A stretch of 54,788 nucleotides of DNA from an uncultured Candidatus Saccharibacteria bacterium (GCA_964355655.1 CAYHDT010000007.1:1-54788), one strand, 5' to 3'; shown: positions 1-9,760, counted from the first letter of the stretch. Program-made: numbers and translations. The notes: generated from the letters alone by a model not told the origin.

Positions 1-1058
1 TCGAGGGCGTCGACGGCATCGACAACGCTCCCGAGGAAAAGGCGCGCGGCATTACTATCGCTCTGCACCACAGCGAGTACGAGACTCCTAACCGCCACTA
101 TGCGCACATTGACGCGCCGGGCCACGCCGACTACATCAAAAACATGATTACCGGCGCCGCACAGATGGACGGCGCAGTCCTCGTAGTTGCCGCGACCGAC
201 GGCGCAATGCCCCAGACCCGCGAGCACATTCTCCTTGCGCGCCAAGTCGGCGTGCCGAAGATTATTGTCTTCCTTAACAAGGTGGACATGGTGGACGACA
301 AAGACCTCGTCGACCTCGTTGAAGAGGAGGTTAAAGAGCTCCTCGTAAAGCAGGGATATACGGATGCTCCGGTCATCCGCGGCTCGGGGCTGAAGGCTTT
401 GGAAGCCAAGACGCTCGACGACGAATGGGCAAAAAAGGTGCTTGAGCTCGTCAACACGATGGACAGCTACCTGCCGATGCCGACTCGCGAGCTCGACAAG
501 CCGTTCCTCATGCCGGTTGAAGACATCTTCTCGATTGAGGGCCGCGGCACCGTCGTGACCGGCCGCATCGAGCGCGGCGTCATCAAAGTAGGCGAGGAAG
601 TCGAAATCGTCGGCCTCGTCCCCACGACCAAAACTACCATCACCGGCATTGAAATGTTTAACAAGCAGCTCGACCAGGGCCAGGCCGGCGACAACGCGGG
701 TATCCTCCTGCGCGGCACCGCCAAGGATGCCGTCCATCGCGGCCAGGTGCTTGCCAAGACGGGCTCGGTTAATCCGCACACCGAGTTCGAGGGCGAGGTT
801 TACATCCTCAACAAAGACGAGGGTGGCCGCCACACGCCGTTCTTCTCCGGCTACAAACCGCAGTTCTACGTCCGCACTACGGACGTTACCGGCGAGGTAA
901 CCCTTGCAGCAGGAACCGAGATGGTTATGCCGGGCGATACTGTGACCTTTAAGGTCAAACTTGTAGCGCCGGTGGCGCTCGAGGCCCAGACCCGCTTTGC
1001 GGTCCGCGAGGGCGGCAAGACGGTAGGCGCAGGAGTCGTCACCAAAATCATCGCGTAA
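1..1058 (+). CDS. tuf: Elongation factor Tu, 5'-truncated by the window
   Basis: Frame open from position 3 ([38 protein letters not shown]); ends [10 protein letters not shown]. Confidence 0.99.
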   Translation, partial: EGVDGIDNAPEEKARGITIALHHSEYETPNRHYAHIDAPGHADYIKNMITGAAQMDGAVLVVAATDGAMPQTREHILLARQVGVPKIIVFLNKVDMVDDKDLVDLVEEEVKELLVKQGYTDAPVIRGSGLKALEAKTLDDEWAKKVLELVNTMDSYLPMPTRELDKPFLMPVEDIFSIEGRGTVVTGRIERGVIKVGEEVEIVGLVPTTKTTITGIEMFNKQLDQGQAGDNAGILLRGTAKDAVHRGQVLAKTGSVNPHTEFEGEVYILNKDEGGRHTPFFSGYKPQFYVRTTDVTGEVTLAAGTEMVMPGDTVTFKVKLVAPVALEAQTRFAVREGGKTVGAGVVTKIIA

Positions 1059-1082
1059 TTCTAAGAAATAAAAAAAGAAAGG

Positions 1083-1107
1083 GCCCCGCAATGATGCGGG
1101 GCTTTTT
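1083..1107. terminator. Bidirectional intrinsic terminator
   Basis: GCCCCGCA-atga-TGCGGGGC with T-run after and A-run before, between convergent genes. Confidence 0.8.
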
Positions 1108-1119
1108 CGTACCTTCAAA

Positions 1120-1347
1120 TTATGCGACGCAACCCATCGCTTTAGGGGTGCCGGGGTTGAACCCCTTTGGCCGGTACTTTTCGGGTAGCCCGAGTTCCAT
1201 GAGATCGAGCGCATTAAGGCCATAGGCTTTGGCGTGCTTCCATGCTGTCGCATGGTCGCCGCGGTCCCGCGCCTCTGTAGCAAGACGCACGCCAGCTTCA
1301 TGATTCATCGCTGTTTTGACGATTTTGTCCGAAGTCCGGTAAACCAT
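1120..1347 (-). CDS. Hypothetical protein, 75 aa
   Basis: ORF with AGAGGAG SD upstream, ends at the tuf terminator. Confidence 0.6.
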   Translation of the reverse strand: MVYRTSDKIVKTAMNHEAGVRLATEARDRGDHATAWKHAKAYGLNALDLMELGLPEKYRPKGFNPGTPKAMGCVA

Positions 1348-1539
1348 TTAGAACTCCTCTGTTGCAACTCGTTTCTATTTAACATGTATCCTTAAAGAGA
1401 GCAATTGTGTAATTGGACGGTTGCTTTTTTCAAATAGATGTCGCATACTCGAAAGTGTTCATTTATTATCTGTAAGAGTAAGCTAATCGGGTATAGGTTA
1501 CTACGGCATCATGTCGGAGAGAACTAGACCCACATAATT

Positions 1540-1911
1540 ATGGCTACCGAACCAAAAGAAAAAAAAGTAACGAAGCCGCGCGCCAAGAAGGTCGCGGTCG
1601 CCACGCCGCAGAAACTGCGCATCAAAGTGCGCGCATACGAGCATAAGGTGCTCGACGCGTCTGTTAAGCAGATACTCGACACCGCCTTGCGCTACGAGGC
1701 GACAGTTGCCGGGCCGATACCTTTGCCGACCGAGATAAAAAAGTACACGGTCAACCGCTCGACCTTTATCTACAAAGACGCGCGCGAGCAGTTTGAGATG
1801 CGCATCCACAAGCGCGTCATCGACATCCTCGACCCGACCCCCAAAGTCATCGAGGCGCTGACGAACCTGTCTCTCCCGTCCGGCGTTACCATCGATGTAA
1901 AGATGGTGTAG
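1540..1911 (+). CDS. rpsJ: 30S ribosomal protein S10 with Lys-rich N-terminal extension
   Basis: [28 protein letters not shown] motifs. Confidence 0.98.
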   Translation: MATEPKEKKVTKPRAKKVAVATPQKLRIKVRAYEHKVLDASVKQILDTALRYEATVAGPIPLPTEIKKYTVNRSTFIYKDAREQFEMRIHKRVIDILDPTPKVIEALTNLSLPSGVTIDVKMV

Positions 1912-2125
1912 GAAAACCAAACAGAATCTGCTTGCAAGAGCGGGTTCTCTGTTGTATAAAGCAAAGGCTGGGTCAACCCTACCATTCGAGCCCAGTATGT
2001 TCTCCTCCCTGTCGAACGGGAGAGCAGAACCGGCCCCGGCACATCACGATGTGCCGGGGCTTGCTCTTTTCTTGCATATTTTGGTAGGGGACAGTAGGGT
2101 TGAGGCAGTTGCACGGGAGGTTTGC

Positions 2126-2479
2126 ATGGCCGACTTGAGAGTGGCGCCTAAAGCAACGGGACGTTTGCCTGATCAAGAACTGGTTGCGCGGCTCGCTTAT
2201 GAGCTCACGCGCAACCGGGAAGTGCTTAACTACTTCCTCGGCGCTCTTGTCGATGGGTGGTACCCGGGCCGCGAGCATTCGTTCGGAGCGAAATTTACGG
2301 GGTCAGACAGACAGCGGCTCGAACAGATCTTCAAAATCCGGGATGTAGAAGTTCGGCGTATTACAAGCGTCTTGTACGAAATTGGCCTCGACGCTATTCC
2401 GATCGATTATCCGGCCGTCTACGATGAATTGAGCAAGGCAACAGAAATAACCGCACATTCGCACAAACCGATCGTATAG
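2126..2479 (+). CDS. Hypothetical protein
   Basis: GGGAGG SD before ATG 2126, in frame with ORF-track 1952..2479. Confidence 0.55.
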   Translation: MADLRVAPKATGRLPDQELVARLAYELTRNREVLNYFLGALVDGWYPGREHSFGAKFTGSDRQRLEQIFKIRDVEVRRITSVLYEIGLDAIPIDYPAVYDELSKATEITAHSHKPIV

Positions 2480-2560
2480 GGCTGCACCACTGCCGCCCTT
2501 TTTCTTGCATATTTTTCTAGAGTTGGTAAGTTTACTGGAGAATAGTATGGGGAGACAGAA

Positions 2561-2917
2561 ATGCCAAAAAGCAGAATTCCGACCGGCAGCCGACCGCTAA
2601 AAAACGTCATCTCCGGCGACGAAGTAAAACGTCAGCTGCGGGAGGAAGGATTTGGGTCGCTGCTCGATAAGTACGCTAACCGGAGGTGGTGGCAGAAACC
2701 CCTCTATTGGGACAAGTATGATGAGCCGATGTACATCGGCGACGTCCTTTTCACCGTTTTTGTGAATATCTTTCCCTTTCTCGCGGCGTTCGTGTTTGCA
2801 ACTGTCGTCTCGGGCATTAACTTCATTTTGACCTTGGAGGGCGCCCAAATCACCGCGATATGGGGCATCATCCTTACGCTCGGCTGGCAGTACCTGCTCA
2901 GGCGGAAGCAAAGATAA
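2561..2917 (+). CDS. Hypothetical membrane protein, 2 TM
   Basis: GGGGAG SD; two hydrophobic segments; hairpin and T-run after the stop. Confidence 0.65.
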   Translation: MPKSRIPTGSRPLKNVISGDEVKRQLREEGFGSLLDKYANRRWWQKPLYWDKYDEPMYIGDVLFTVFVNIFPFLAAFVFATVVSGINFILTLEGAQITAIWGIILTLGWQYLLRRKQR

Positions 2918-2983
2918 ACACCCCAACGACCCCGCTTCAGCGGGGCTTTTTCTTGCACAACCAATGAGGAGAGTGAGTCCGGA

Positions 2984-3019
2984 GTATTAATAGTTGTCCT
3001 ATAGGATATTTATTCATAC
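2984..3019. repeat. 36-bp imperfect palindrome, copy A
   Basis: GTATTAATAGTTGTCCTATAGGATATTTATTCATAC, centred on TCCTATAGGA. Confidence 0.9.
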
Positions 3020-3036
3020 GGAGGTACTATACAGAC

Positions 3037-3618
3037 ATGGGAGAGATAGAGGCAGGGGTTAGGGCGAGAATTCGAAAAACTAAAATTAATAAGGCGGTTA
3101 TTACTACGCTTGCTGTTACTGGCGGGCTCGCAGTGGCTTTGGTTGCTCCGAATGTGCTTGGGGCACTGGGTAAACTCGGTCTCATTAATAATCCGCGGCA
3201 AAAACGCCAAGGAGTGGAGAAATCGCTCAGCCGCCTTGTTCGCCACGGCTATGTAGTTTTGGAAGGTAGAGAGGAGGGAAAGAAGGTGCGTCTTACGGAA
3301 AAAGGGGAACGATACGCCGCAATGCTTGGGGAAGGAAAATTGATACCCAAAAAACCAAGGCGGTGGGATAAAAAATGGAGGATGCTTATCTTTGATATTC
3401 CGGAGAACCGTCGGCGTGTACGCAGTCAAATCCGTGCGTCCCTGGTGCATATGGGGTTTTACAGATTACAGGACAGTGTGTGGGTCTACCCGCACGACGC
3501 TGAAGACTTGGTAACTTTGCTAAAGGCGGATTTTAAAATTGGTAAAGATGTTTTATACGTGGTCGCCGATGCTATCGAATACGATCTTCCTCTCCGAAAA
3601 CATTTTGGTCTAGGATAA
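3037..3618 (+). CDS. PaaX-like protein: winged HTH plus Cas2-like domain
   Basis: LSRLVRHGYV..RLTEKG wHTH; WDKKWRMLIFDIPE...LQDSVW PaaX/Cas2-type motif. Confidence 0.85.
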   Translation: MGEIEAGVRARIRKTKINKAVITTLAVTGGLAVALVAPNVLGALGKLGLINNPRQKRQGVEKSLSRLVRHGYVVLEGREEGKKVRLTEKGERYAAMLGEGKLIPKKPRRWDKKWRMLIFDIPENRRRVRSQIRASLVHMGFYRLQDSVWVYPHDAEDLVTLLKADFKIGKDVLYVVADAIEYDLPLRKHFGLG

Positions 3619-3622
3619 CTGT

Positions 3623-3658
3623 GTATGATTAGTTGTCCTATAGGATATTTATTCATAC
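3623..3658. repeat. 36-bp imperfect palindrome, copy B
   Basis: GTATGATTAGTTGTCCTATAGGATATTTATTCATAC, 4 bp after the PaaX-like stop. Confidence 0.9.
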
Positions 3659-3721
3659 GATTTTGTAAAGGCGGTTTTTTCATGGTAGCGTAGCGGCAGA
3701 AGTGACAGCATAGAGGAACAT

Positions 3722-3880
3722 ATGCCACACCCGATATTGATCCCGATCGGTTTTCGGCTGCTTATCGCGGCTGCGGCGGCTATCGCCGGCGCGCTGGGTT
3801 TTGGACTTGCCAAGGCGGCTAACAAGAGCAACGACGCGCTCGACGAGGCCGAAAAAGAAAAGGAAGAAAAGAAGCAGTAA
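3722..3880 (+). CDS. Small membrane protein, 52 aa, absent from the ORF track
   Basis: AGAGGA SD; MPHPILIPIGFRLLIAAAAAIAGALGFGLAKAANKSNDALDEAEKEKEEKKQ; hairpin and T-run follow. Confidence 0.65.
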   Translation: MPHPILIPIGFRLLIAAAAAIAGALGFGLAKAANKSNDALDEAEKEKEEKKQ

Positions 3881-4046
3881 CCCCGACTCCCGTCGGGATT
3901 TTCTTTTCCACATATGATTTTCATGAAAATTTTTATATAATTGCAGGAAGTTGTTCATTCGTTCGGACATATGTCGGCCTGATTTCTAGAATCGGGTTTT
4001 TTGTTTGGCACGCACAGGGTAAAACCGCGCGCCAGGCAAAGAAAGT

Positions 4047-4086
4047 AAACGAAAAAGTGTCCCGTGCACGGGACACTTTTTCGTTT
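4047..4086. repeat. 40-bp perfect palindrome
   Basis: AAACGAAAAAGTGTCCCGTGCACGGGACACTTTTTCGTTT equals its own reverse complement. Confidence 0.9.
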
Positions 4087-4179
4087 CCCTGCCTGACTGC
4101 AGGCGAGTTGCATAAAAGTGCCCCTATATGAGCCTCAACGCTCATATAACCGTCACTCCAGTCGTACTGCAAGCAATAC

Positions 4180-4208
4180 TTGCACTCCTCCCTACGCTAG
4201 GTTATAGT
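4180..4208 (+). promoter_or_regulatory. Sigma70-type promoter of the rplC unit
   Basis: TTGCAC-17bp-TATAGT; near-duplicate at 11963. Confidence 0.7.
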
Positions 4209-4285
4209 CCTTGGGACGCAGTAAATAGCGTTGGCCATGTCCCCGGGGTTCGCCCCAAGCAGCGGGACCAATAGACAACAATGAA

Positions 4286-4385
4286 CCCCGTTAGAGATCC
4301 TAGAGATCTTCTACGAATGTCTGTTGAATAGGGTTCAGTGCAGATATGGACAAAACTGAAGATAAAACAAAAATCTCTAACGGGG
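4286..4385. mobile_element. Start-codon-inserted inverted-repeat element, copy 1 (rplC), 100 bp
   Basis: ATGAA[CCCCGTTAGAGAT...ATCTCTAACGGGG]TGAAATTC; TGAA duplicated. Confidence 0.8.
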
Positions 4386-5023
4386 TGAAATTCATCCTTG
4401 GAACAAAAGGCAAGATGACGACCGTATATACCGAAGAAGGTATGGCTTTTGCCGCGACCGTCATTGTTGCTACCCCTAATATCGTTACGCAAATAAAGAC
4501 CGCCGAAAAGGAGGGCTACGCCGCCATGCAAGTGGGCGCGGGCGAAACTACGGACAAGCACGTCAACAAAGCGCAGCTCGGCCATGCCAAAGGCAAGGCG
4601 CTTAAGATGTTCCGCGAAATGCGTCCCCGCCCCGCGACGCGCGGTGGGCAGCCGGACGTGAATTTTCCTGAAGTCGGCTCTACCATAGACGTTTCCGTCT
4701 TTGCGGTAGGAGACAAAGTTACCGTTTCCGCCATTTCCAAGGGCCGCGGCTTCCAAGGTGTCGTTAAGCGCCATGGCTTCCATGGCGGCCCGCGCTCGCA
4801 CGGCCAAAAACACTCCGAGCGCTCCCCGGGTTCTATCGGCGGCGGCGGAGGTCGCGCGGGAGGTCGCGTCGCCAAGGGTATGCGCATGGCCGGCCGCATG
4901 GGGCAGGACCGCGTGTCGGTGCGCAACTTGTCGGTCTTGCAGGTCCATCCCGAAACCAATGAGATTGTGATTTCAGGCGCTGTCCCGGGCCGCAAAGGCA
5001 CCGTCGTCGAAATCAAAGGATAA
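4385..5023 (+). CDS. rplC: 50S ribosomal protein L3 (GTG start; alternative ATG 4346 inside the element)
   Basis: KFILGTKGKMT, SKGRGFQGVVKRHGF, MAGRMG. Confidence 0.97.
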   Translation: MKFILGTKGKMTTVYTEEGMAFAATVIVATPNIVTQIKTAEKEGYAAMQVGAGETTDKHVNKAQLGHAKGKALKMFREMRPRPATRGGQPDVNFPEVGSTIDVSVFAVGDKVTVSAISKGRGFQGVVKRHGFHGGPRSHGQKHSERSPGSIGGGGGRAGGRVAKGMRMAGRMGQDRVSVRNLSVLQVHPETNEIVISGAVPGRKGTVVEIKG

Positions 5024-5028
5024 AAGAT

Positions 5029-5685
5029 ATGGAATCTAAACTTTACAACATGAAGGGCGAAGATGTGGGGAAATTTGACGCGCCCGAAAATATTTTCGGC
5101 CTCAAGTGGAATGCCGACCTGGTGCATCAGGTAGTGCTTGCCATGCAGGCAAACGCCCGCCCGAACGTCGCCCATACTAAAGACCGCGGTGAGGTGCGCG
5201 GCGGCGGCAAGAAGCCTTGGCAGCAGAAGGGCACCGGCCGCGCGCGCCATGGCTCCTCGCGCTCGCCTATCTGGAAGGGCGGCGGCGTTACCCACGGCCC
5301 GCGTAAAAATAAAATCTACGCGCAAAAAATCAACCGCACCATGGCGGCCAAGGCTCTTTTGACGGTACTCTCGCGCAAATACAAAGACGGCGAAGTTATT
5401 TTTGTCGACCAAATTGAGATGGCTTCGCCGAAAGCGGCTGCGGGCAAGGCCGTACTGGCGGCGCTCGGTAAAAACTTTTCCGGATTCTCCAAGCGCAAGA
5501 ACGCCGCGCTTATTGCTTTGCCGTCGCGCAGCGTGCCGACGATCAAGTCCTTCAGCAACTTCGGCAACATTTCGGTCGAAGAGGCCCGCAACCTCAACCC
5601 GCTTTCGGTGCTCTCGGCTAAATATCTGGTCATAGCAGACCCCAAATCCGCGCTTGCCCTGCTCGGCAAGAAGGCCTCTAAATAA
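5029..5685 (+). CDS. rplD: 50S ribosomal protein L4
   Basis: GGGKKPWQQKGTGRARHGS. Confidence 0.98.
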   Translation: MESKLYNMKGEDVGKFDAPENIFGLKWNADLVHQVVLAMQANARPNVAHTKDRGEVRGGGKKPWQQKGTGRARHGSSRSPIWKGGGVTHGPRKNKIYAQKINRTMAAKALLTVLSRKYKDGEVIFVDQIEMASPKAAAGKAVLAALGKNFSGFSKRKNAALIALPSRSVPTIKSFSNFGNISVEEARNLNPLSVLSAKYLVIADPKSALALLGKKASK

Positions 5686-5688
5686 TTT

Positions 5689-5976
5689 ATGAAAAAGCAC
5701 TCCGGACACATACTCATCTCCCCGCGCATCACCGAAAAGGGTGCGTACCTAGCAGAACAAGGCGCCTACATCTTTAATGTCGCTCCGGGCGCCAACAAAA
5801 AGGCCATTGCGGGCGCAATTAAAGAAATCTACGGCGTTTCCGCGCGCAAGGTGACGCTCGTTGCTATCCCGCGCAAGCGCGTCATGACCCGGGGCACGAA
5901 CCGCATGGGACTCACAGCCGGCGGCAAGAAGGCCTACGTCTTCTTGAAGAAAGGCGACAAAATCGATATCGCGTAA
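5689..5976 (+). CDS. rplW: 50S ribosomal protein L23
   Basis: PRITEK, KKAYV; synteny. Confidence 0.96.
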   Translation: MKKHSGHILISPRITEKGAYLAEQGAYIFNVAPGANKKAIAGAIKEIYGVSARKVTLVAIPRKRVMTRGTNRMGLTAGGKKAYVFLKKGDKIDIA

Positions 5977-5984
5977 ACAATCGT

Positions 5985-6833
5985 ATGAAATCCTACAAAC
6001 CTTACACAGACTCCCGCCGCCACATGACAACCGTCACCTTTAAGGGGAAGGTCACTACCAATGAACCGCACAAAGCCCTGACCAAGGGCGGCAAGCGCGA
6101 CTTCGGCCGCAATAACGCGGGCCGCATTACCGTGCGCCATAAGGGCGGGGGGCACAAGCGCCTCTTCCGCGATGTTGATTTTGACTACAAAAAACTCGTC
6201 CCTGCCGTGGTAGAGACGGTGGAGTACGACCCGAACCGCTCCGGCTTTATCGGCCTTTTGCTTTACAAAGACGGGGAACGCCGCTACGCTCTTTTGCCGC
6301 AGTCTGTTAAGGTCGGTGCCGTTATCGAGACCTCGCCGGATGCGCCGGCGACTCCCGGCAACCGCATGCCGCTTAAAAATGTTCCTATCGGCGCATTTAT
6401 TTACAACGTAGAGCTCAAGCCGGGCAACGGCGGCAAATTGGCCCGTTCGGCCGGCACTTCTATCGAGCTTATCGCGCGCGATCAGGGCTACGCCGACCTT
6501 AAAATGCCTTCCAGCGAGGTACGCAAAGTGCTCGAGACCTGCTGGGCGACCATAGGCGAAGTTTCAAACGACGAGCATCACCTGCGTACTATCGGCAAGG
6601 CTGGCCGCAGTCGCTGGCTCGGTATCCGCCCGACGGTGCGCGGCACCGCCATGAACCCGGTAGACCACCCGCACGGCGGAGGAGAGGGCCGCCAGGGCAG
6701 GGGATTGCGCCGCGCAAAGTCGGCTTGGGGCAAGCCTACCGGCAAAGGCCAAAAAACCCGCACGCCGAAGAAATACTCCAACTACTTAATAGTCTCCCGC
6801 CGCAAAGTCGGCAAACGCGGACAGAAGCAATAA
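5985..6833 (+). CDS. rplB: 50S ribosomal protein L2
   Basis: EYDPNRS, MNPVDHPHGGGEG. Confidence 0.99.
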   Translation: MKSYKPYTDSRRHMTTVTFKGKVTTNEPHKALTKGGKRDFGRNNAGRITVRHKGGGHKRLFRDVDFDYKKLVPAVVETVEYDPNRSGFIGLLLYKDGERRYALLPQSVKVGAVIETSPDAPATPGNRMPLKNVPIGAFIYNVELKPGNGGKLARSAGTSIELIARDQGYADLKMPSSEVRKVLETCWATIGEVSNDEHHLRTIGKAGRSRWLGIRPTVRGTAMNPVDHPHGGGEGRQGRGLRRAKSAWGKPTGKGQKTRTPKKYSNYLIVSRRKVGKRGQKQ

Positions 6834-6838
6834 AAGAA

Positions 6839-6868
6839 AAAACGCCCCGAGAAAAATCGGGGCGTTTT
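6839..6868. terminator. Bidirectional terminator after rplB
   Basis: AAAACGCCCCGA-gaaaaa-TCGGGGCGTTTT. Confidence 0.8.
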
Positions 6869-6871
6869 GCG

Positions 6872-7192
6872 TTAATGTTTTTTTGCTGTTGGAGTGAGAG
6901 CGAGTTCGCGCTCGGCAAATTCATCAAGATGCTGGTGAAGTCGGTGGAGCATCATCTGCATCCCGGCCTCCTCTCCCTTTACGAGCTCTGTCGGCAGCAA
7001 GCCGCCTTCGATTATAAGCTTGAGGTCGCCCATCAATCCCAACACGATCGTCGTGTAAAAGCGCATTGCCAGCTTTTCGAGCATCTTATCCAGAAGGCCG
7101 CTTTTATTAACCTTCTTGTAATCTTTTTCCACGCTCTTTGGTATATCCATTCGAATGGTTGCGCCGTCCGGGCCCTTGTATTGTATGTGCAT
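6872..7192 (-). CDS. Hypothetical protein inserted between rplB and rpsS
   Basis: CAGGAG SD before ATG 7192. Confidence 0.6.
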   Translation of the reverse strand: MHIQYKGPDGATIRMDIPKSVEKDYKKVNKSGLLDKMLEKLAMRFYTTIVLGLMGDLKLIIEGGLLPTELVKGEEAGMQMMLHRLHQHLDEFAERELALTPTAKKH

Positions 7193-7301
7193 GATCACTC
7201 TCCTGTGTCTGTCTAGTTGAACTCTATCCAGGCACCGCCACTTCCGCAAGTAAAGAAAAAAGCCCCGGATTTCCGGGGCGTTTCAATGGAACCGCTAGTG
7301 C

Positions 7302-7562
7302 TTAATACACAAACGGCTTGCTGGGGTCGGCCATCTTCTTTGCGTGCAGAAGGTACTCAGGCCGCGGTTGTGGGATGGTCGGCTCGGGGACCTTGCGGTA
7401 CTCGCTCACCGTGCAAGTGACCGAGCCGGCTACGTGCTTGAACCCGGTCCTTTTCTCCCAGGCGGGGAGCGCGGTATCGAAGAAGTCCGCATCGTCGGTG
7501 GCGGCCAGGGTCGCGAACGGCATCGATTGTCCGTGCCGGTAGCGGAAGTTATAGCTGCGCAT
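7302..7562 (-). CDS. Hypothetical protein, 86 aa
   Basis: CAGGAG SD; own terminator GCCCCGGA/TCCGGGGC near 7262-7279. Confidence 0.6.
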   Translation of the reverse strand: MRSYNFRYRHGQSMPFATLAATDDADFFDTALPAWEKRTGFKHVAGSVTCTVSEYRKVPEPTIPQPRPEYLLHAKKMADPSKPFVY

Positions 7563-7726
7563 GCGGTGTCTCCTGTGGGGGGTCGTCTGGAGCTACTATG
7601 TCACAAAGGTCTATTTTTGCAAGGTAGGTTGCGCTCCGCTAGGCTTTGCGGTACATTGTGTGCAACTCCCGTGCTGACGACCTAGGCGCTCGCTGCCTAC
7701 GGCCAGCCGGGGTTTTCAATTGCCAT

Positions 7727-8092
7727 ATGGCCCGCTCGCTTAAAAAAGGTCCTTACGTGGACGAAAAGCTCCTCAAAAAGATTGAGGGCAAGAAGCCTCA
7801 GACGGCTGAGCTTATTAAGACGTGGGCACGCCGCTCGCAGATTGCGCCGGAGATGGTGGGCTTTAAATTCGGCGTCCATAACGGCAAGACACACATCGAG
7901 GTCCTCGTAAGCGAAGATATGGTCGGGCACCGCCTGGGCGAATTCTCTCCCACCAAGAAGTTTGTCCGCCACGGCGGCAAGATGCAGAAGGAAATGGAGA
8001 CCAAGGCCAAAGAGGGCGAGATAGCAGCCGCACAGGCCGCCAAGGCCGCGGCAGATGCCGCTGGCGCCAAGAAGGCAGCTCCCGCAAAATAA
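7727..8092 (+). CDS. rpsS: 30S ribosomal protein S19 with Ala/Lys-rich tail
   Basis: [24 protein letters not shown]. Confidence 0.98.
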   Translation: MARSLKKGPYVDEKLLKKIEGKKPQTAELIKTWARRSQIAPEMVGFKFGVHNGKTHIEVLVSEDMVGHRLGEFSPTKKFVRHGGKMQKEMETKAKEGEIAAAQAAKAAADAAGAKKAAPAK

Positions 8093-8098
8093 TATTGT

Positions 8099-8464
8099 AT
8101 GTCCGCCTCATCCGCTAAACTTTCAAACTATCGCCAGGCTCCGCGCAAAGTGCGGCTGATTGCCGACCTTGTGCGCGGCAAGTCCGTTACGCACGCGCTT
8201 GCTATGCTGACCATGCTCCCCAAGCGCGGCAGCGAGCCGATGGCCAAGCTTATAAAATCGGCCGCGGCCAATGCTAAAGATGTTTCCGCCGCTGACCTGT
8301 ACATATCGAAGATAGAGGTCAATGGCGGCATCGTCTTTAAGCGCTCCATGCCGAGGGCTCGCGGCCGCGCGGCGCAGATACTCAAGCGCACCAGCCACAT
8401 CACTCTTTCCTTGGACAAAAAACTTCCTAAAAAGGAAAAACCGGCTAAGACCGCCGCAAAATAA
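8099..8464 (+). CDS. rplV: 50S ribosomal protein L22
   Basis: PRKVRLIAD, PRARGRA, KRTSHI. Confidence 0.98.
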   Translation: MSASSAKLSNYRQAPRKVRLIADLVRGKSVTHALAMLTMLPKRGSEPMAKLIKSAAANAKDVSAADLYISKIEVNGGIVFKRSMPRARGRAAQILKRTSHITLSLDKKLPKKEKPAKTAAK

Positions 8465-8467
8465 TTT

Positions 8468-9133
8468 ATGTCTAAAGTAGTACACCCATTTGCACACAGG
8501 CTCGGCACGATACGCGATTGGCGCCATCGCTGGTTTGCCACGGGCCCGGCGTATCAGGCAAATCTGAAGACCGGTGTTCTCTTGCGCGAATTCCTTTTTA
8601 AAGAGCTCCGCGGCATGTACGTCGGCGGTATTGAGCTTGAGCTCGGCAAGCAGCTGCGCATCATCATCAAGACCAGCCGGCCCGGGCTCATTATCGGCCG
8701 GAGCGGCGAGGGCTCGACCAAGCTGCGCAACTCTATCGCCAAATTCTTGGCTGGCAAGAAGATAGTAGTGCCGGAAATAAAGCTCGATATCGAGGAAATC
8801 CGCAGCCCCGAGAGCAACGCGGCTATCGTGTCTTATATGGTCGCCGAAAGCTTGGAGAAGCGCCTGCCGTTCCGCCGCGTGCTCAAGCAAACCATCGAAA
8901 AGGTGATGGCTAACCGCGACGTCAAAGGCGTGCGCATCACGCTCTCAGGCATGCTCGGTGGCGGCTCTATGTCGCGCACTGAGACGCTGAAGAAAGGCCG
9001 CGTGCCGCTCCAGACCATCCGTGCCGACGTTGACTTCCATAAAGAGCGCGCCAACCTGCCGCTCGGCGTCTTGGGTATCAAGGTGTGGGTATACAAGGGC
9101 GATATCTTCTCGAAATCCCAAAAGGACAAATAA
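8468..9133 (+). CDS. rpsC: 30S ribosomal protein S3
   Basis: RPGLIIGR, GRVPLQTIRADVD, GVLGIKVW. Confidence 0.98.
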   Translation: MSKVVHPFAHRLGTIRDWRHRWFATGPAYQANLKTGVLLREFLFKELRGMYVGGIELELGKQLRIIIKTSRPGLIIGRSGEGSTKLRNSIAKFLAGKKIVVPEIKLDIEEIRSPESNAAIVSYMVAESLEKRLPFRRVLKQTIEKVMANRDVKGVRITLSGMLGGGSMSRTETLKKGRVPLQTIRADVDFHKERANLPLGVLGIKVWVYKGDIFSKSQKDK

Positions 9134-9139
9134 AAACAT

Positions 9140-9562
9140 ATGTTGTTTCCTAAAAAAGTAAAATTCCGCAAGTCGCACACGATGCGCCGCAACCCCAAAG
9201 CTCAAAAGCTGGCTACCCGGGGTGTTACGGTCGCGTTCGGCTCGCACGGATTGAAGGCCATTACCGAGGCGCGCGTTCGCTCCAACCAAATCGAGTCGGC
9301 ACGCAAGGTTATTGCCCGCAGTTTAGGCAAGACCGGCAAGCTCTGGGTGCGCATTTTCCCCGACAAGCCTTTTACCAAAAAACCCCCGGAGGTTAAGCTC
9401 GGCAAAGGCAAGGGCGACCCGGTCGGTTATGAGGTGCAGGTGTGGCCCGGCCGCGTTCTGTTCGAGGTAGACGGGGTAGGGGATGCGCTGGCCGTCATGA
9501 CGTTGAAAAAAGCCGCCGCCAAATTGCCGCTGAAAGCTAAGGTCGTCGCCCGTACACACTAA
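9140..9562 (+). CDS. rplP: 50S ribosomal protein L16
   Basis: WVRIFPDKP, GKGKG, AAAKLP. Confidence 0.98.
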   Translation: MLFPKKVKFRKSHTMRRNPKAQKLATRGVTVAFGSHGLKAITEARVRSNQIESARKVIARSLGKTGKLWVRIFPDKPFTKKPPEVKLGKGKGDPVGYEVQVWPGRVLFEVDGVGDALAVMTLKKAAAKLPLKAKVVARTH

Positions 9563-9564
9563 TT

Positions 9565-9759
9565 ATGGCAAAGAAACTTGATCTAAAAAACCACACGGAA
9601 GTTGAACTCGCCAAACTTGCGATGACCAAGCGTGAGGAGCTCCGTGTCTTGCGTTTTAACGTCGCAGGTAGTAAAAACCGTGATGTGAAGCAGGCTTCGA
9701 AGCTCCGCAAGGATATAGCCCGCGCACTGACGGCGTTGACCGCGGCAAAGAAAAAATAA
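9565..9759 (+). CDS. rpmC: 50S ribosomal protein L29
   Basis: LRF, LRKDIAR; synteny. Confidence 0.92.
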   Translation: MAKKLDLKNHTEVELAKLAMTKREELRVLRFNVAGSKNRDVKQASKLRKDIARALTALTAAKKK

Positions 9760-9760
9760 C

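Noticed and set aside
2984-3658. CRISPR array (36-bp repeats beside a Cas2-like gene)
   Set aside because: Only two local copies, separated by a whole gene of about 600 bp; no spacer-sized units, cas1 or effector genes
4516-5709. Long antisense ORFs (also 10092-11144, 39618-40532, 40489-41676, 46384-47196)
   Set aside because: Shadow frames of GC-rich conserved genes with no recognisable motifs
7646-7726. ORF-track upstream starts for rpsS, rplF, rplO, map, infC, higA, pyrC and csoR
   Set aside because: Extensions precede the conserved N-termini and overlap promoters, leaders or elements; downstream starts were chosen
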